The notes beneath the pieces are model-generated. The model worked only from the letters and a program-made list of their open reading frames with translations, was not told the DNA's origin and did no database searches. A stretch of 60,359 nt of DNA from positions 1 through 60,359 of IMG/VR virus record IMGVR_UViG_3300037509_000016; one strand, written 5' to 3'. This DNA comes from a virus. Shown in pieces: positions 1-8,309 of the stretch (position 1 is its first letter; each line of letters opens with the position of its first letter). Position numbers and translations under genes: made by a program.

Positions 1-127
1 CGCAAGGGGCGGCTCGTCACCATCACGATGAGCGATGGTACGACCCAGACCAACTTCGTCGAGGCCGAGAAGGGCAAGGTCGAGCGCGAGAAGACCGAGA
101 CCGACAAGGACGGCGTGACCTGGGTCA
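1..127. repeat. Left copy of an exact 127-bp terminal direct repeat, identical to 60233..60359. Probably the assembly overlap of a circular or terminally redundant genome.
   Basis: Base-by-base comparison: cgcaaggggcggctcgtcacc...gtgacctgggtca is present at both ends of the window. Confidence 0.95.
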
Positions 128-1326
128 ACAAGTACGATCCTGAAACCGGCGAGATCATCGGTCGCGACCGTGTTGCCGACCTGTCGGGCGGACCCGGCGA
201 GTCGGCTGGTCTCGGATTCTCGGGCGGGCCGAAGGCTGACCTGACCCCTGGCAAGGCCGCGTCCCACCTCGAGGAGTACGGCACCTGGCTCGACGAAGAG
301 GTCAAGGCGGGGCGGATCAAAGACAAGAAGACCGCCGCCGATATGCTCGAGGCGCGGCGGAACCTGCTCCAGACCGCGATCACCGAGCAGTCGGTCGCTC
401 GCCAGAGCGCCGGTCAGGTTCTCCAGACACAGACCGGCGAGCGGTCCGACGATGCGGCCACCGCGCGGGCTCGGCTGACTGGTGCTAATCAGGTCTTCTC
501 TGACTCGCTCGAGATCTACAAGTACCTGATGGACAGTGGTGAGCAGGGCTCGGACGCTGCCGCCTACGCGATGCTGTACCTGCTGGACCGTGGGAAGAAG
601 AACGTCGAGGACTGGGGTGGGCTCCGTGACCAGCCGCGCACTCCGATCCCCGACCAGATTGCCGGCGGCGTGACCTACGGCGGGCAGCCCATGGTCAACA
701 ACCTGCCGCCGGGCAGCCCTGGCACCAACGTTCCAACCAACAGCGCACCCGTCCCCGTCGCACCCGGCGCGGCCAACGCCGCGATCATCTCGCCAGATGC
801 CGCAGAGGCGGCGCTCGCCCCACCTGACCCGAATGCCCCGCCGTTGTCCGCCGAAGGCGTGGCCCCAGGCGAGGAGGGCGCGGCTCCGATCTCGCCGTCG
901 GGCGATGCCATCGGCGTGCCTGGCGGAGCCAATGAGAACCCGCTGGCCTCTGATCGCGTACGGGAGATCTGGGAGGCCAACAACCCAGGCGTACCGATGC
1001 CCGAGATCCCTGGCCTCGTCCCACCAGCCGAGCCAGCTGCTGCCCCAGGCGTGCCCGCGAGTACCGCGGCAAAGCTCATGGGTCCGACGGGTGCGCCCGC
1101 CGACATGGCTGCCGCGCCGCCCGTTCCCGTCAGCAGTGTCGTCGGGGCTGGCGGAGCCCCGCCGCCGGACCGTCCGTTCCTTGGCTTTCAGGAGATGCAG
1201 GACATGTTCCGAGAGCTAGGGTTTAGTGAGGAGTCGGTGCTGACCACGGCCAGCTCGTTCCTCGAGAACACCGCGATGCCCGCCCTGGCAGGCGTCGGAG
1301 GTGTTCCGTCGGTAGGGTTTGAGTAA
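1..1326 (+). CDS. 3' portion of a 664-aa virion-module protein that starts at 59564 and crosses the circular junction. The C-terminal half is Pro/Ala-rich.
   Basis: Position 1 is a codon first position, in phase with the open frame 59564..60359. Stop at 1324-1326. Typical codon bias. Confidence 0.7.
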   Translation, partial: RKGRLVTITMSDGTTQTNFVEAEKGKVEREKTETDKDGVTWVNKYDPETGEIIGRDRVADLSGGPGESAGLGFSGGPKADLTPGKAASHLEEYGTWLDEEVKAGRIKDKKTAADMLEARRNLLQTAITEQSVARQSAGQVLQTQTGERSDDAATARARLTGANQVFSDSLEIYKYLMDSGEQGSDAAAYAMLYLLDRGKKNVEDWGGLRDQPRTPIPDQIAGGVTYGGQPMVNNLPPGSPGTNVPTNSAPVPVAPGAANAAIISPDAAEAALAPPDPNAPPLSAEGVAPGEEGAAPISPSGDAIGVPGGANENPLASDRVREIWEANNPGVPMPEIPGLVPPAEPAAAPGVPASTAAKLMGPTGAPADMAAAPPVPVSSVVGAGGAPPPDRPFLGFQEMQDMFRELGFSEESVLTTASSFLENTAMPALAGVGGVPSVGFE

Positions 1327-1514
1327 TGGTGATGGCGGAAGAGCGCCCGAAGGTCGAGGCGCGGGACTACGACGACGACCTGGTCTGGTACACCTGCCCG
1401 ATCTGCGCCAGGGCAGGATTCTCGACACGGATTTTCCGTGGACGGCTCGAGAGTGGCAGCACGATTGAGATCGTCTGCCGCCGCTGTAAAGGGAGAGTTG
1501 TCGTCGAAGAGTGA
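1326..1514 (+). CDS. Small zinc-ribbon protein, phage Mu Com-like
   Basis: The motif YTCPICARAG...GSTIEIVCRRCKGRVV (CxxC...IEI.C.RCK) resembles the Mu Com zinc finger. TAATG overlap with the upstream stop. Confidence 0.5.
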   Translation: MVMAEERPKVEARDYDDDLVWYTCPICARAGFSTRIFRGRLESGSTIEIVCRRCKGRVVVEE

Positions 1515-1519
1515 GGACG

Positions 1520-1528
1520 TGCTATCCT
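1520..1528 (+). promoter_or_regulatory. Candidate extended -10 promoter element, TGCTATCCT
   Basis: Matches the gTGCTAnnnT motif that recurs at 17970 and 20133. Lies in an intergenic region upstream of the scaffold gene. Confidence 0.25.
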
Positions 1529-1562
1529 CACCCCGTAATCGCATAGGTGCGTGACGCCCGGC

Positions 1563-1598
1563 GAGGCGCGGTGGCAATGCCATCCGCGCCTCTTTGTT
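1563..1598 (+). terminator. Stem-loop plus T-tract. Either an intrinsic terminator/attenuator or a translational control structure ahead of the scaffold gene.
   Basis: gaggcgcgg (1563-1571) pairs with ccgcgcctc (1584-1592), and an inner tggca/tgcca pair extends the stem. Followed by tttgtt. Confidence 0.55.
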
Positions 1599-1612
1599 AG
1601 TCCGGAGCGTTT

Positions 1613-2608
1613 ATGCAGACCTCAGCGGAGACACAGAGCGAGTCCCAGACCAACGAAGCTGGTCCCGCCGCCGACCTCACGCCGAGCCCGCGCAACTACG
1701 GTGAGATGCTCGACGCACTCGCCAAGCTCGGGCCGGACGATGATGCCGCCGCAGCGTTGAAAGGCTTCACGGAACCGACTGCTCCCACGGTCGAAGCGAC
1801 CACTGGTGACGATCCCGCCGCCCTCGAGACCGATGACGCCCCGCCAGTAGAGGCACAGAATGACGGGGACGAGGACGAGGACGCAGCGTCGGCCACGCCA
1901 GAGGACGAGCCTTCATCCCCCGACCAGCCGCAGACCCGTCGGCGGTCGCAGCAGGGGAGGGTCACCGAACAACTCGAGCAGGAGCGAGCCCAACGTCAGG
2001 CCGCTGAAGCTGCCAACCAGCGTCTCCAGGAGGAGCGCCAGCGTCAGCAGCAGCGGTACAACGAATGGCTCGGCCCAGACGACGAGTACGAGCAACTGTC
2101 CACTGCCGCCAAGCGCGGCGACACCTTGTCCTGGGAGCAGCAGGAGAAGCTGCGGACGTGGGACGTGGCCAGAGAGCACCGCGAGGCGCTCGTCCATGAG
2201 GCCACCAAGCACGCCACGCTGCGGCTCCTGAACTGGCAGGCAGAGCAGGCAGACAGGGTAACCAAGCTGCCAGGCGTTGATCGGCAAGTTGTGCTCGAGA
2301 ATCCCTCATTCGAGGCGGTGGCCCGTCATTTCCACGTCGCTGGCGCGAAGGCGCAACAGCAGGCGCTGTTGCCGAAGCTGCACCAGGCAGAGCGCGAGTT
2401 GACCGCTGCGCGAGAGCGCATCAGCCAGCTTGAAGCCGAGCTACAGGGCAGTGCCCCGCGCCGCGTTGCTCGTGTTCCATCCCACGCCACCGGCGGACAG
2501 TCCGCCTCAGGCTGGAGCGGGAACAGAGGTGGCAATGGCCTGCTCGCAACTCCAGGCAAGCGGCTCCTCGAGGAGCACTTCGCTGGCCCTGGCAACGGGT
2601 CAGCCTAA
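1613..2608 (+). CDS. Putative scaffolding protein
   Basis: Lies immediately upstream of the capsid gene. Acidic disordered N-terminus, then Q/E/R-rich coiled-coil-like segments (QLEQERAQRQAAEAANQRLQEERQRQQQ). Confidence 0.55.
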   Translation: MQTSAETQSESQTNEAGPAADLTPSPRNYGEMLDALAKLGPDDDAAAALKGFTEPTAPTVEATTGDDPAALETDDAPPVEAQNDGDEDEDAASATPEDEPSSPDQPQTRRRSQQGRVTEQLEQERAQRQAAEAANQRLQEERQRQQQRYNEWLGPDDEYEQLSTAAKRGDTLSWEQQEKLRTWDVAREHREALVHEATKHATLRLLNWQAEQADRVTKLPGVDRQVVLENPSFEAVARHFHVAGAKAQQQALLPKLHQAERELTAARERISQLEAELQGSAPRRVARVPSHATGGQSASGWSGNRGGNGLLATPGKRLLEEHFAGPGNGSA

Positions 2609-2620
2609 GGAGTCACGACC

Positions 2621-3562
2621 GTGGCACTGACACTGATTGAGGCAGCCATCGAGTACGGCATCAAGGGGCTCCAGGCGGGCGTCATCAAGATGTTCGCTGA
2701 GAGCACTCCCATCTGGGAGTTGATGCCGATGCAAAAAATTGATGGCGACACCTACACCTACGCCCGCGAGGTCGCGCTGCCGGGCATCGGCTGGAGAGGA
2801 CTGAATACCTCCTGGCCCGAGTCAACCGGCGTGATCAACCCGCTGGTCGAGCGCCTCCAGATTCTGGGTGGCGAAGTCAAGATCGACGACTACCTTCTGG
2901 AAACCAGGCCCAACGGAGCCCCCGACCTCAAGGCGACCCAGTTCCGGATGAAGTCGCAGGCTGCGAGCAATGAGTTCTCCCGTTCCTTTTTGGAAGGAGA
3001 TGATCTCGCAGATCCGAACCAGATGGTGGGCCTCCGGCGGCGGCTGACGGGCAGCCAGGTCATCACGGCGGGCGTCAACGGCGCAACCCTGAGCCTGGAT
3101 ATGCTCGACGAGCTTCTCGACCTCGTTCCGTTCGAGAACAAAGTGCTCTTCATGAACAGGTACCTCCGCCGTGTGATCACGAAGCTGATCACCAGCGCGG
3201 CGGGCGCTCGCCAGATCCAGATGGGCCTGAACGCCTTTGGCGAGCAAGTCGAGACCTACGGCGGAGCGCGGCTCGCCATCGTCGAGCTATCCGGTTCGGG
3301 GACAACCTACCTCGACTTCGACGAGACGACCGGTTCCTCCAACGTAACATCAAGCATCTATTGTGTCTCATTTGGCGATGACAGAGTCCACGGAATTTAC
3401 AACAATGGCGACCGTGGGAAGCTCGTCAGCGTCAAGGACTTCGGAGAGCTTGAGGCCGAGCCCCGCCATATGGGGCGGCTCTCGATGAACGTCGGGATGG
3501 TGGTCGAGCACCCGCGCTCTGCCAGCCGCCTGCGTGGCATCACCCAGACAATGCCGGCCTAA
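2621..3562 (+). CDS. Major capsid protein, probably HK97 fold
   Basis: 313 aa. GTG start 8 nt after AAGGAG. The sequence pattern (...LPGIGWRG...LQILGGEVKIDDYL...LDMLDELLDLV...) and the position after the scaffold gene are typical of tailed-phage major capsid proteins. Confidence 0.8.
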   Translation: MALTLIEAAIEYGIKGLQAGVIKMFAESTPIWELMPMQKIDGDTYTYAREVALPGIGWRGLNTSWPESTGVINPLVERLQILGGEVKIDDYLLETRPNGAPDLKATQFRMKSQAASNEFSRSFLEGDDLADPNQMVGLRRRLTGSQVITAGVNGATLSLDMLDELLDLVPFENKVLFMNRYLRRVITKLITSAAGARQIQMGLNAFGEQVETYGGARLAIVELSGSGTTYLDFDETTGSSNVTSSIYCVSFGDDRVHGIYNNGDRGKLVSVKDFGELEAEPRHMGRLSMNVGMVVEHPRSASRLRGITQTMPA

Positions 3563-3599
3563 AGCGCGGCCACGCCAGAGCACACGAAGGAGATACTTG

Positions 3600-4361
3600 A
3601 TGGCACCCAAGAAGAACCAGCAGCAGGAGCGCGAGCCGAGCGAGGCCGAGAAGGCTGCCCAGGAGCAGTACGACGACTTCAATCCGTTCAACCCTTCTGC
3701 CCTCGACACCGACAAGGTCACGACCGAGCTGGAGTCGGCCCTCCGCGAGACGGAGGCCAACGCCCAGAGCGAGCGGGCCGCGAGCCTGATCGGCAACCCT
3801 GTCCCGTCAGGGCAGGCGATGGCTGAGGCTCGGATGAATTCCAACGTCCACGTCGGGCGGAACGCGCACCGCCCATTCGATGCCGCGGCAGCAATCGGCG
3901 TCACGCCGGCTGAGGTCTACGCTCGGATGGACGCCGTCCAGCGCGTCCTTGCCAACGCACCAGCTGAGTCGGGCATCAAGTTCGACGAGCAGGAGGGCGT
4001 CCTGTACTGGGAGCGTCTCCGACACACTGGCCGACCGCCGGTGATGCGCGGCGGCGTCCTGCACCACGGAATGTACCGCGAGCGGCGGAAGGTGGCGCTC
4101 AGCCCGCGCGATGCCATCGCGGATCCGCAGGGGCTCACTGACTACTGGGACGGCAGCACCATGTACATGAGGGGTGTCAAGCGGTCCCAGGAGTACGCCG
4201 AGAACCTCGGGACGATCTTCACCCCTGAGGACATGATCTACGTGCCCGCAGAGGCGGAGGATCAGGCTGCCGCTGCCGCGAAGGAGCGTTCTGTCGCGGC
4301 TCGGACTCCCGACATTGACGAGGGCCGCGAGCTTCAGGAGCGCGGCCAGCGCCAGGGCTAA
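3600..4361 (+). CDS. Hypothetical head-module protein
   Basis: ATG at 3600, preceded by GAAGGAG. The track ORF (start 3534) overlaps the capsid gene end, so the internal start is preferred. No motif recognised. Confidence 0.6.
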   Translation: MAPKKNQQQEREPSEAEKAAQEQYDDFNPFNPSALDTDKVTTELESALRETEANAQSERAASLIGNPVPSGQAMAEARMNSNVHVGRNAHRPFDAAAAIGVTPAEVYARMDAVQRVLANAPAESGIKFDEQEGVLYWERLRHTGRPPVMRGGVLHHGMYRERRKVALSPRDAIADPQGLTDYWDGSTMYMRGVKRSQEYAENLGTIFTPEDMIYVPAEAEDQAAAAAKERSVAARTPDIDEGRELQERGQRQG

Positions 4362-4387
4362 CCCGAAGCCTGTAGGAGGCATTTACC

Positions 4388-4834
4388 ATGGTCTACGACG
4401 CACTACTCCGACTGTCGGGCACGGCCCAGAATGCCACCGTCGAAGGGGCAGCGAACGACAACATCGTCCAGACGGTCACCGTTGACACGGTGACCCCCGC
4501 CCCCGTCTACTTCGGCCCGTCTCGGGCCGGCATCGCGATCCTGCGTATCGCTGGTGCGGTAGGCGGGACCACCCCGACCCTCACCGTCCTGATCGAGGCG
4601 GCTGCCGCGGCTGGCGGCTCCTTCATCGAGGTGGCGAGGTTCCCGGTGCGGAACTCTTCGGACGCTTCGCGGGGCACGCCGGCTGGTACCCAACAGCCCG
4701 ACCGGATCGCCTTCGCAACACCAGCGGACCGCCCGTTCATCCGAGCCAACTACGACGTAGGGGGCACCGCTCCCTCGTTCGGCGGCGTCTCGGTGACCGT
4801 GCAGGAACAGGCGATTCCGAGCCTCGTTGCCTAA
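4388..4834 (+). CDS. Hypothetical head-module protein, possibly a decoration or accessory protein
   Basis: ATG after TAGGAGG. 148 aa. Followed by a strong terminator. Confidence 0.6.
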   Translation: MVYDALLRLSGTAQNATVEGAANDNIVQTVTVDTVTPAPVYFGPSRAGIAILRIAGAVGGTTPTLTVLIEAAAAAGGSFIEVARFPVRNSSDASRGTPAGTQQPDRIAFATPADRPFIRANYDVGGTAPSFGGVSVTVQEQAIPSLVA

Positions 4835-4862
4835 GTAGCTCACCGTCCCCGTAAGGGTACGC

Positions 4863-4900
4863 GGGCGGGTGCGGCCAGTCTCGGCCCACCCGCCCTTTTT
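4863..4900 (+). terminator. Rho-independent terminator after the capsid gene cluster
   Basis: GC-rich stem: gggcgggtgcggcc pairs with ggcccacccgccc (one bulge). Followed by TTTTT (4896-4900). Confidence 0.75.
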
Positions 4901-4918
4901 CATGAGGAGGATCCCACG

Positions 4919-5491
4919 ATGAATACAGACGGGGCGAAGCTGACCGAGCAGGCGTCCGTCGGCGTTCTGGCCGCAGACCATGAGCCGATTCAGTGGCGTG
5001 CCCAGTGGCGGCTCGAGAAGCGTGAAGGCGATTGGAAGGGCGAGGATATCGACGAGGGGCGAGCGCCCGAGCCCTACGAGGTGATCGAGGGCGAGGGAAA
5101 CCTGCTCCTGATCGGCGGCGCATCGGCTCTCTTTCAGCGCCTGATCGGCACCGCGCTGACTGCATTCGACGCAGCCAACGCCCACCTCGCCGTCGGGAAC
5201 TCAGCCACCGCCGCAGCCGATACCCAGACCGACCTGGTCGGTGCGTCCAAGACCCGCAAAGCGATGGACGCGACCTACCCGCTCCATACCGACTCAGTCT
5301 CGGCGGCGGGTGCCAAGTCGATCCAGTTCCGCAGTACGTTCGGGACGGCTGAGGGCAACCACGCCTGGGATGAGTGGGGGCTGGCGAACGCATCGGCGGC
5401 TGGACGGATGCTGAACCGCAAGGTGCAAGCCTTCGGCTCCAAGACTTCAGCCACGTCCTGGACGCTGCTGATTACCCTGAGCCTTGCCTAA
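4919..5491 (+). CDS. Hypothetical structural protein
   Basis: ATG after GAGGAGGA. 190 aa. No motif recognised. Confidence 0.6.
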   Translation: MNTDGAKLTEQASVGVLAADHEPIQWRAQWRLEKREGDWKGEDIDEGRAPEPYEVIEGEGNLLLIGGASALFQRLIGTALTAFDAANAHLAVGNSATAAADTQTDLVGASKTRKAMDATYPLHTDSVSAAGAKSIQFRSTFGTAEGNHAWDEWGLANASAAGRMLNRKVQAFGSKTSATSWTLLITLSLA

Positions 5492-6702
5492 TGGGCCGCA
5501 CACTCGCGGGCCTCATCATCATCGCGGCGTGCCTGGCAACCGTGGTCGGGTTGGTCTGGATGTGCTCCTCCGTCGCAGGAGCACAGCAGCCACCCCTGAC
5601 CGTGGTGGTGATCCAGGCCGATGACCTGAGCTATCGGGTCTATAACGAGCTGCCACGGATGCCCAGGCTGCTGGACCGCCGTGGCTTGCGTCTCGAGCGT
5701 CACTACGTGACGCAGTCAACCTGCTGCCCGTCTCGAGCGACCTTCGTTCGCGGGCAGTACAGTCACAACCATGGCGTCATGGCAAGTAAGGCACCGTACG
5801 GTTGGGGCACCTTCGGGGACAGGGAGCGCGACACCCTGGCAACCCGCCTCGACCGCGCGGGGTGGGAAACCGTCATGGTCGGGAAGTACATGAATGGGTG
5901 GGACCGTCGGGATCCGGTGCCCGACGGGTGGGATCACTTCATCACCCGCTCGGGCGGTTCCCAGATCGCTGACTTTGTGCGCCGGCGCACAACCGACCTG
6001 ATCCCGACGCTGGACCGCTCTCGACCGTGGTTCTTGCACCTGAACCCTGCCGAGCCGCACGGCGGGGTGCCCATCGCTGACCGCTATAAGGACGCGCCCG
6101 TCCCTCGAGACTGCGTTGACCTCTGTCCCGAGATGCTCCGCCGCAGCCGTGCCCTCGAGGATCTGGTCGAGGAGACCCAGGAGGCGCTCGAGCAGGCCGG
6201 ACGTACAAACACCTACCTGATCTTCACCTCCGACAACGGCTACATGTTCGGGCAGCACGGACGGAAGATGGGCAAGAACCTGCCCTATGACAGTTCGTCT
6301 CGGGTGCCGACCTTCGTGGTCGGACCCGGCGTCCCCGTCGGCCAGGTCGAGTACCTCACGGCCAATATTGACTGGATGCCGACCATCCTCGAGCTAGCGG
6401 GCCTCCCTGCTCCGAGCTACGTGGACGGGCGCTCGCTGGTAGATATCCTGCGCGGCGAGACGCCCGTCAAGTGGCGCAAGCGGCTGCTGCTGGAGAACTC
6501 GCCCGAGTTGCGGCTGTTGAGCCTCAAGGCGGTAGTGGGTGAGACCCGCCTGTTTATCGACTGGCCGAACAAACCCGACGCGCTCTGGGATGTACCAGAG
6601 GAGCGGCGGCAGATCAGAAACGAGGATCTCGAGCCCTACCGCGCCCACCTCCGCGCCCTGAAGGACTGCGCCGGCGCAAGCTGTCGGGCAGCTGAGGACT
6701 AG
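5491..6702 (+). CDS. Secreted or membrane-anchored sulfatase (formylglycine-dependent, N-acetylglucosamine-6-sulfatase/arylsulfatase-like)
   Basis: Hydrophobic N-terminal signal/anchor (LAGLIIIAACLATVVGLVW). IQADDL metal site. CCPSRATFVRGQYSHNHG, i.e. the CxPxR motif (5722-5736). GKYMNGW. FTSDNGYMFGQHG...SSRVP. TAATG start overlap favours 5491 over the track start at 5374. Confidence 0.85.
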   Translation: MGRTLAGLIIIAACLATVVGLVWMCSSVAGAQQPPLTVVVIQADDLSYRVYNELPRMPRLLDRRGLRLERHYVTQSTCCPSRATFVRGQYSHNHGVMASKAPYGWGTFGDRERDTLATRLDRAGWETVMVGKYMNGWDRRDPVPDGWDHFITRSGGSQIADFVRRRTTDLIPTLDRSRPWFLHLNPAEPHGGVPIADRYKDAPVPRDCVDLCPEMLRRSRALEDLVEETQEALEQAGRTNTYLIFTSDNGYMFGQHGRKMGKNLPYDSSSRVPTFVVGPGVPVGQVEYLTANIDWMPTILELAGLPAPSYVDGRSLVDILRGETPVKWRKRLLLENSPELRLLSLKAVVGETRLFIDWPNKPDALWDVPEERRQIRNEDLEPYRAHLRALKDCAGASCRAAED

Positions 6703-6704
6703 CC

Positions 6705-8309
6705 TTGACCTTTGTCCTTGCCCAGGCGGCTGTCAATAACAACTCCAACAGTATGACGCCCCGCGCGACGTTCGCTGTCGCGCCGACGCAGGGCAACCTG
6801 CTGCTCGCCTTTGTGGTGGGGACTACTGGCAACTGGAATCCCAACACCGCCGCCGGTTGGGACATGATTGCCACCCAGATCAACGGGGACAAGGGGTCAA
6901 TCGTCTACAAGATTGCCGGCGCCGCCGAGCCGGTCCTCCAGCAGCCCATTGTCTACGACGGCAACAACGACTGGATCTGCTTCCTCGCAGAGTACACCGC
7001 TGGCGCGGGGGCCACCTACGCGGTGGCCGTGACGAACAGTCGCGGGCTGACCACCGCGGCAAAGAGCAACCTGGCGACCGCCGTCCCTGCCGTCGCGCAG
7101 GGCAAAGACGGGCTGATCTTCGGCGGGTTCTTTAACGATTTAGGGACCGGCACCTGGGCCACCCACCTGGTAAACGGCTCGGCCACCGGCGTAGTCGAGC
7201 GCGGTGACGTGCAGCGGGCGACCGGCACCCTCTCCGCTTCGTGTCACGACAAGTACGAGCCAGGGCTGGCAGCGTCCTACACCAACAGCGCCACCAGTAC
7301 CGCCGGCACCGGCGGCGCAATGATCGCCATCTTCTACGCGCTCCAGCCCAAGAGCGCCGACGACGCCTTTGCCCTGAGCGACGACGCCTTTGTCCAGGCG
7401 TACGCCTACGGCGTTGACGATGCGGTCCTGACCGACGCTGATGGCGAGGTCACGGTCTCGGCGCTCGACACCGAGACGGCTGTACTTGCCGAAGCTGCCG
7501 CGGTCGAGGTGGCGGCTGCCGACACCGACGCCTTTGCCCTGACCGAGCAGGCGGAGGTCACGGTCTTCCACGAAGCCACTGACGCCTTCACGCTGGCGGG
7601 TGAAACCGCCACGATGACCGAAACGACCGGCGTCAGCACCGAGCAAGCCGGGAGCGACTCCGCTGTCCTGAGCGATAACGCCAGCGTCACCGTCGCGGCT
7701 GCTGCCGACGAGACCTTCAACCTCGCGGATAACGCCGCCGTCACCGTTGCCGCGGCTGACAACGACGCTGCTGTCCTGACCGACGTAGCGAGTGTGACTG
7801 CCGCAGCGACCGGTAGCGATCCCTTCGCCCTGGCGGATGACGCTCAGGTCGCCGTCACAGCCGAAGGGACCGAGACCTTTGCCGTCTCGGAAACGGCCAG
7901 CATCGTCGGCACCTCTGCCGATACCGACGCCTTTGCCCTGACCGAAGCGGCTGGTGTCAGCGGATTCTCGGCTGACACCGAAGCCTTTGCCGTCTCGGAG
8001 GCTGCTCAGGTCACCGTCGCGACCGAAGCGACTGACGAATGGGTCTTCGACGATCAGGCCGAGATGCTGGTTCTGGCGGAGGGGACTGACGAGTACTCCC
8101 TGCTCGATGAGGCCGTTGCCACCGTCGAGGCGCTCGGGCTCGAGGAGTTCACCTTTGGGGAGGAGGCAGTCGTCCTCGTCCTGCGAGCGAACGAGGGAGA
8201 CTCTAACATCGCTTTCGTTGTGGCATCAGAAACAAACACGTCCGGTCGGCGGCTCGTCGCCTCCGAGACCGGTATCCGAACAGCCGTGGCCTCGGAGGTA
8301 ACGTCATGA
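6705..8309 (+). CDS. Putative tail fibre/appendage protein, with about 15 tandem acidic 18-aa repeats in its C-terminal 300 aa
   Basis: Globular N-terminal domain of about 210 aa, then repeats of consensus DT(D/E)AFAL(T/S)ExAxVTVxA. Lies in the tail-module context. The start (TTG 6705 or ATG 6753) is uncertain. Confidence 0.55.
   Translation: MTFVLAQAAVNNNSNSMTPRATFAVAPTQGNLLLAFVVGTTGNWNPNTAAGWDMIATQINGDKGSIVYKIAGAAEPVLQQPIVYDGNNDWICFLAEYTAGAGATYAVAVTNSRGLTTAAKSNLATAVPAVAQGKDGLIFGGFFNDLGTGTWATHLVNGSATGVVERGDVQRATGTLSASCHDKYEPGLAASYTNSATSTAGTGGAMIAIFYALQPKSADDAFALSDDAFVQAYAYGVDDAVLTDADGEVTVSALDTETAVLAEAAAVEVAAADTDAFALTEQAEVTVFHEATDAFTLAGETATMTETTGVSTEQAGSDSAVLSDNASVTVAAAADETFNLADNAAVTVAAADNDAAVLTDVASVTAAATGSDPFALADDAQVAVTAEGTETFAVSETASIVGTSADTDAFALTEAAGVSGFSADTEAFAVSEAAQVTVATEATDEWVFDDQAEMLVLAEGTDEYSLLDEAVATVEALGLEEFTFGEEAVVLVLRANEGDSNIAFVVASETNTSGRRLVASETGIRTAVASEVTS

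Noticed and set aside
3534-3599. Upstream extensions of several track ORFs, e.g. 3534, 5374, 17233, 18402, 20580, 24147, 26899 and 29214.
   Set aside because: The extensions overlap the preceding gene in another frame and translate to Arg/Pro-rich sequence. Internal starts with an SD or an ATGA-type coupling fit better.
7347-8235. The fibre repeat array as a diversity-generating retroelement target, or a CRISPR-like array.
   Set aside because: There is no reverse transcriptase and no template repeat anywhere in the genome. The repeats are degenerate, in frame and protein-coding, with no spacer/repeat architecture.
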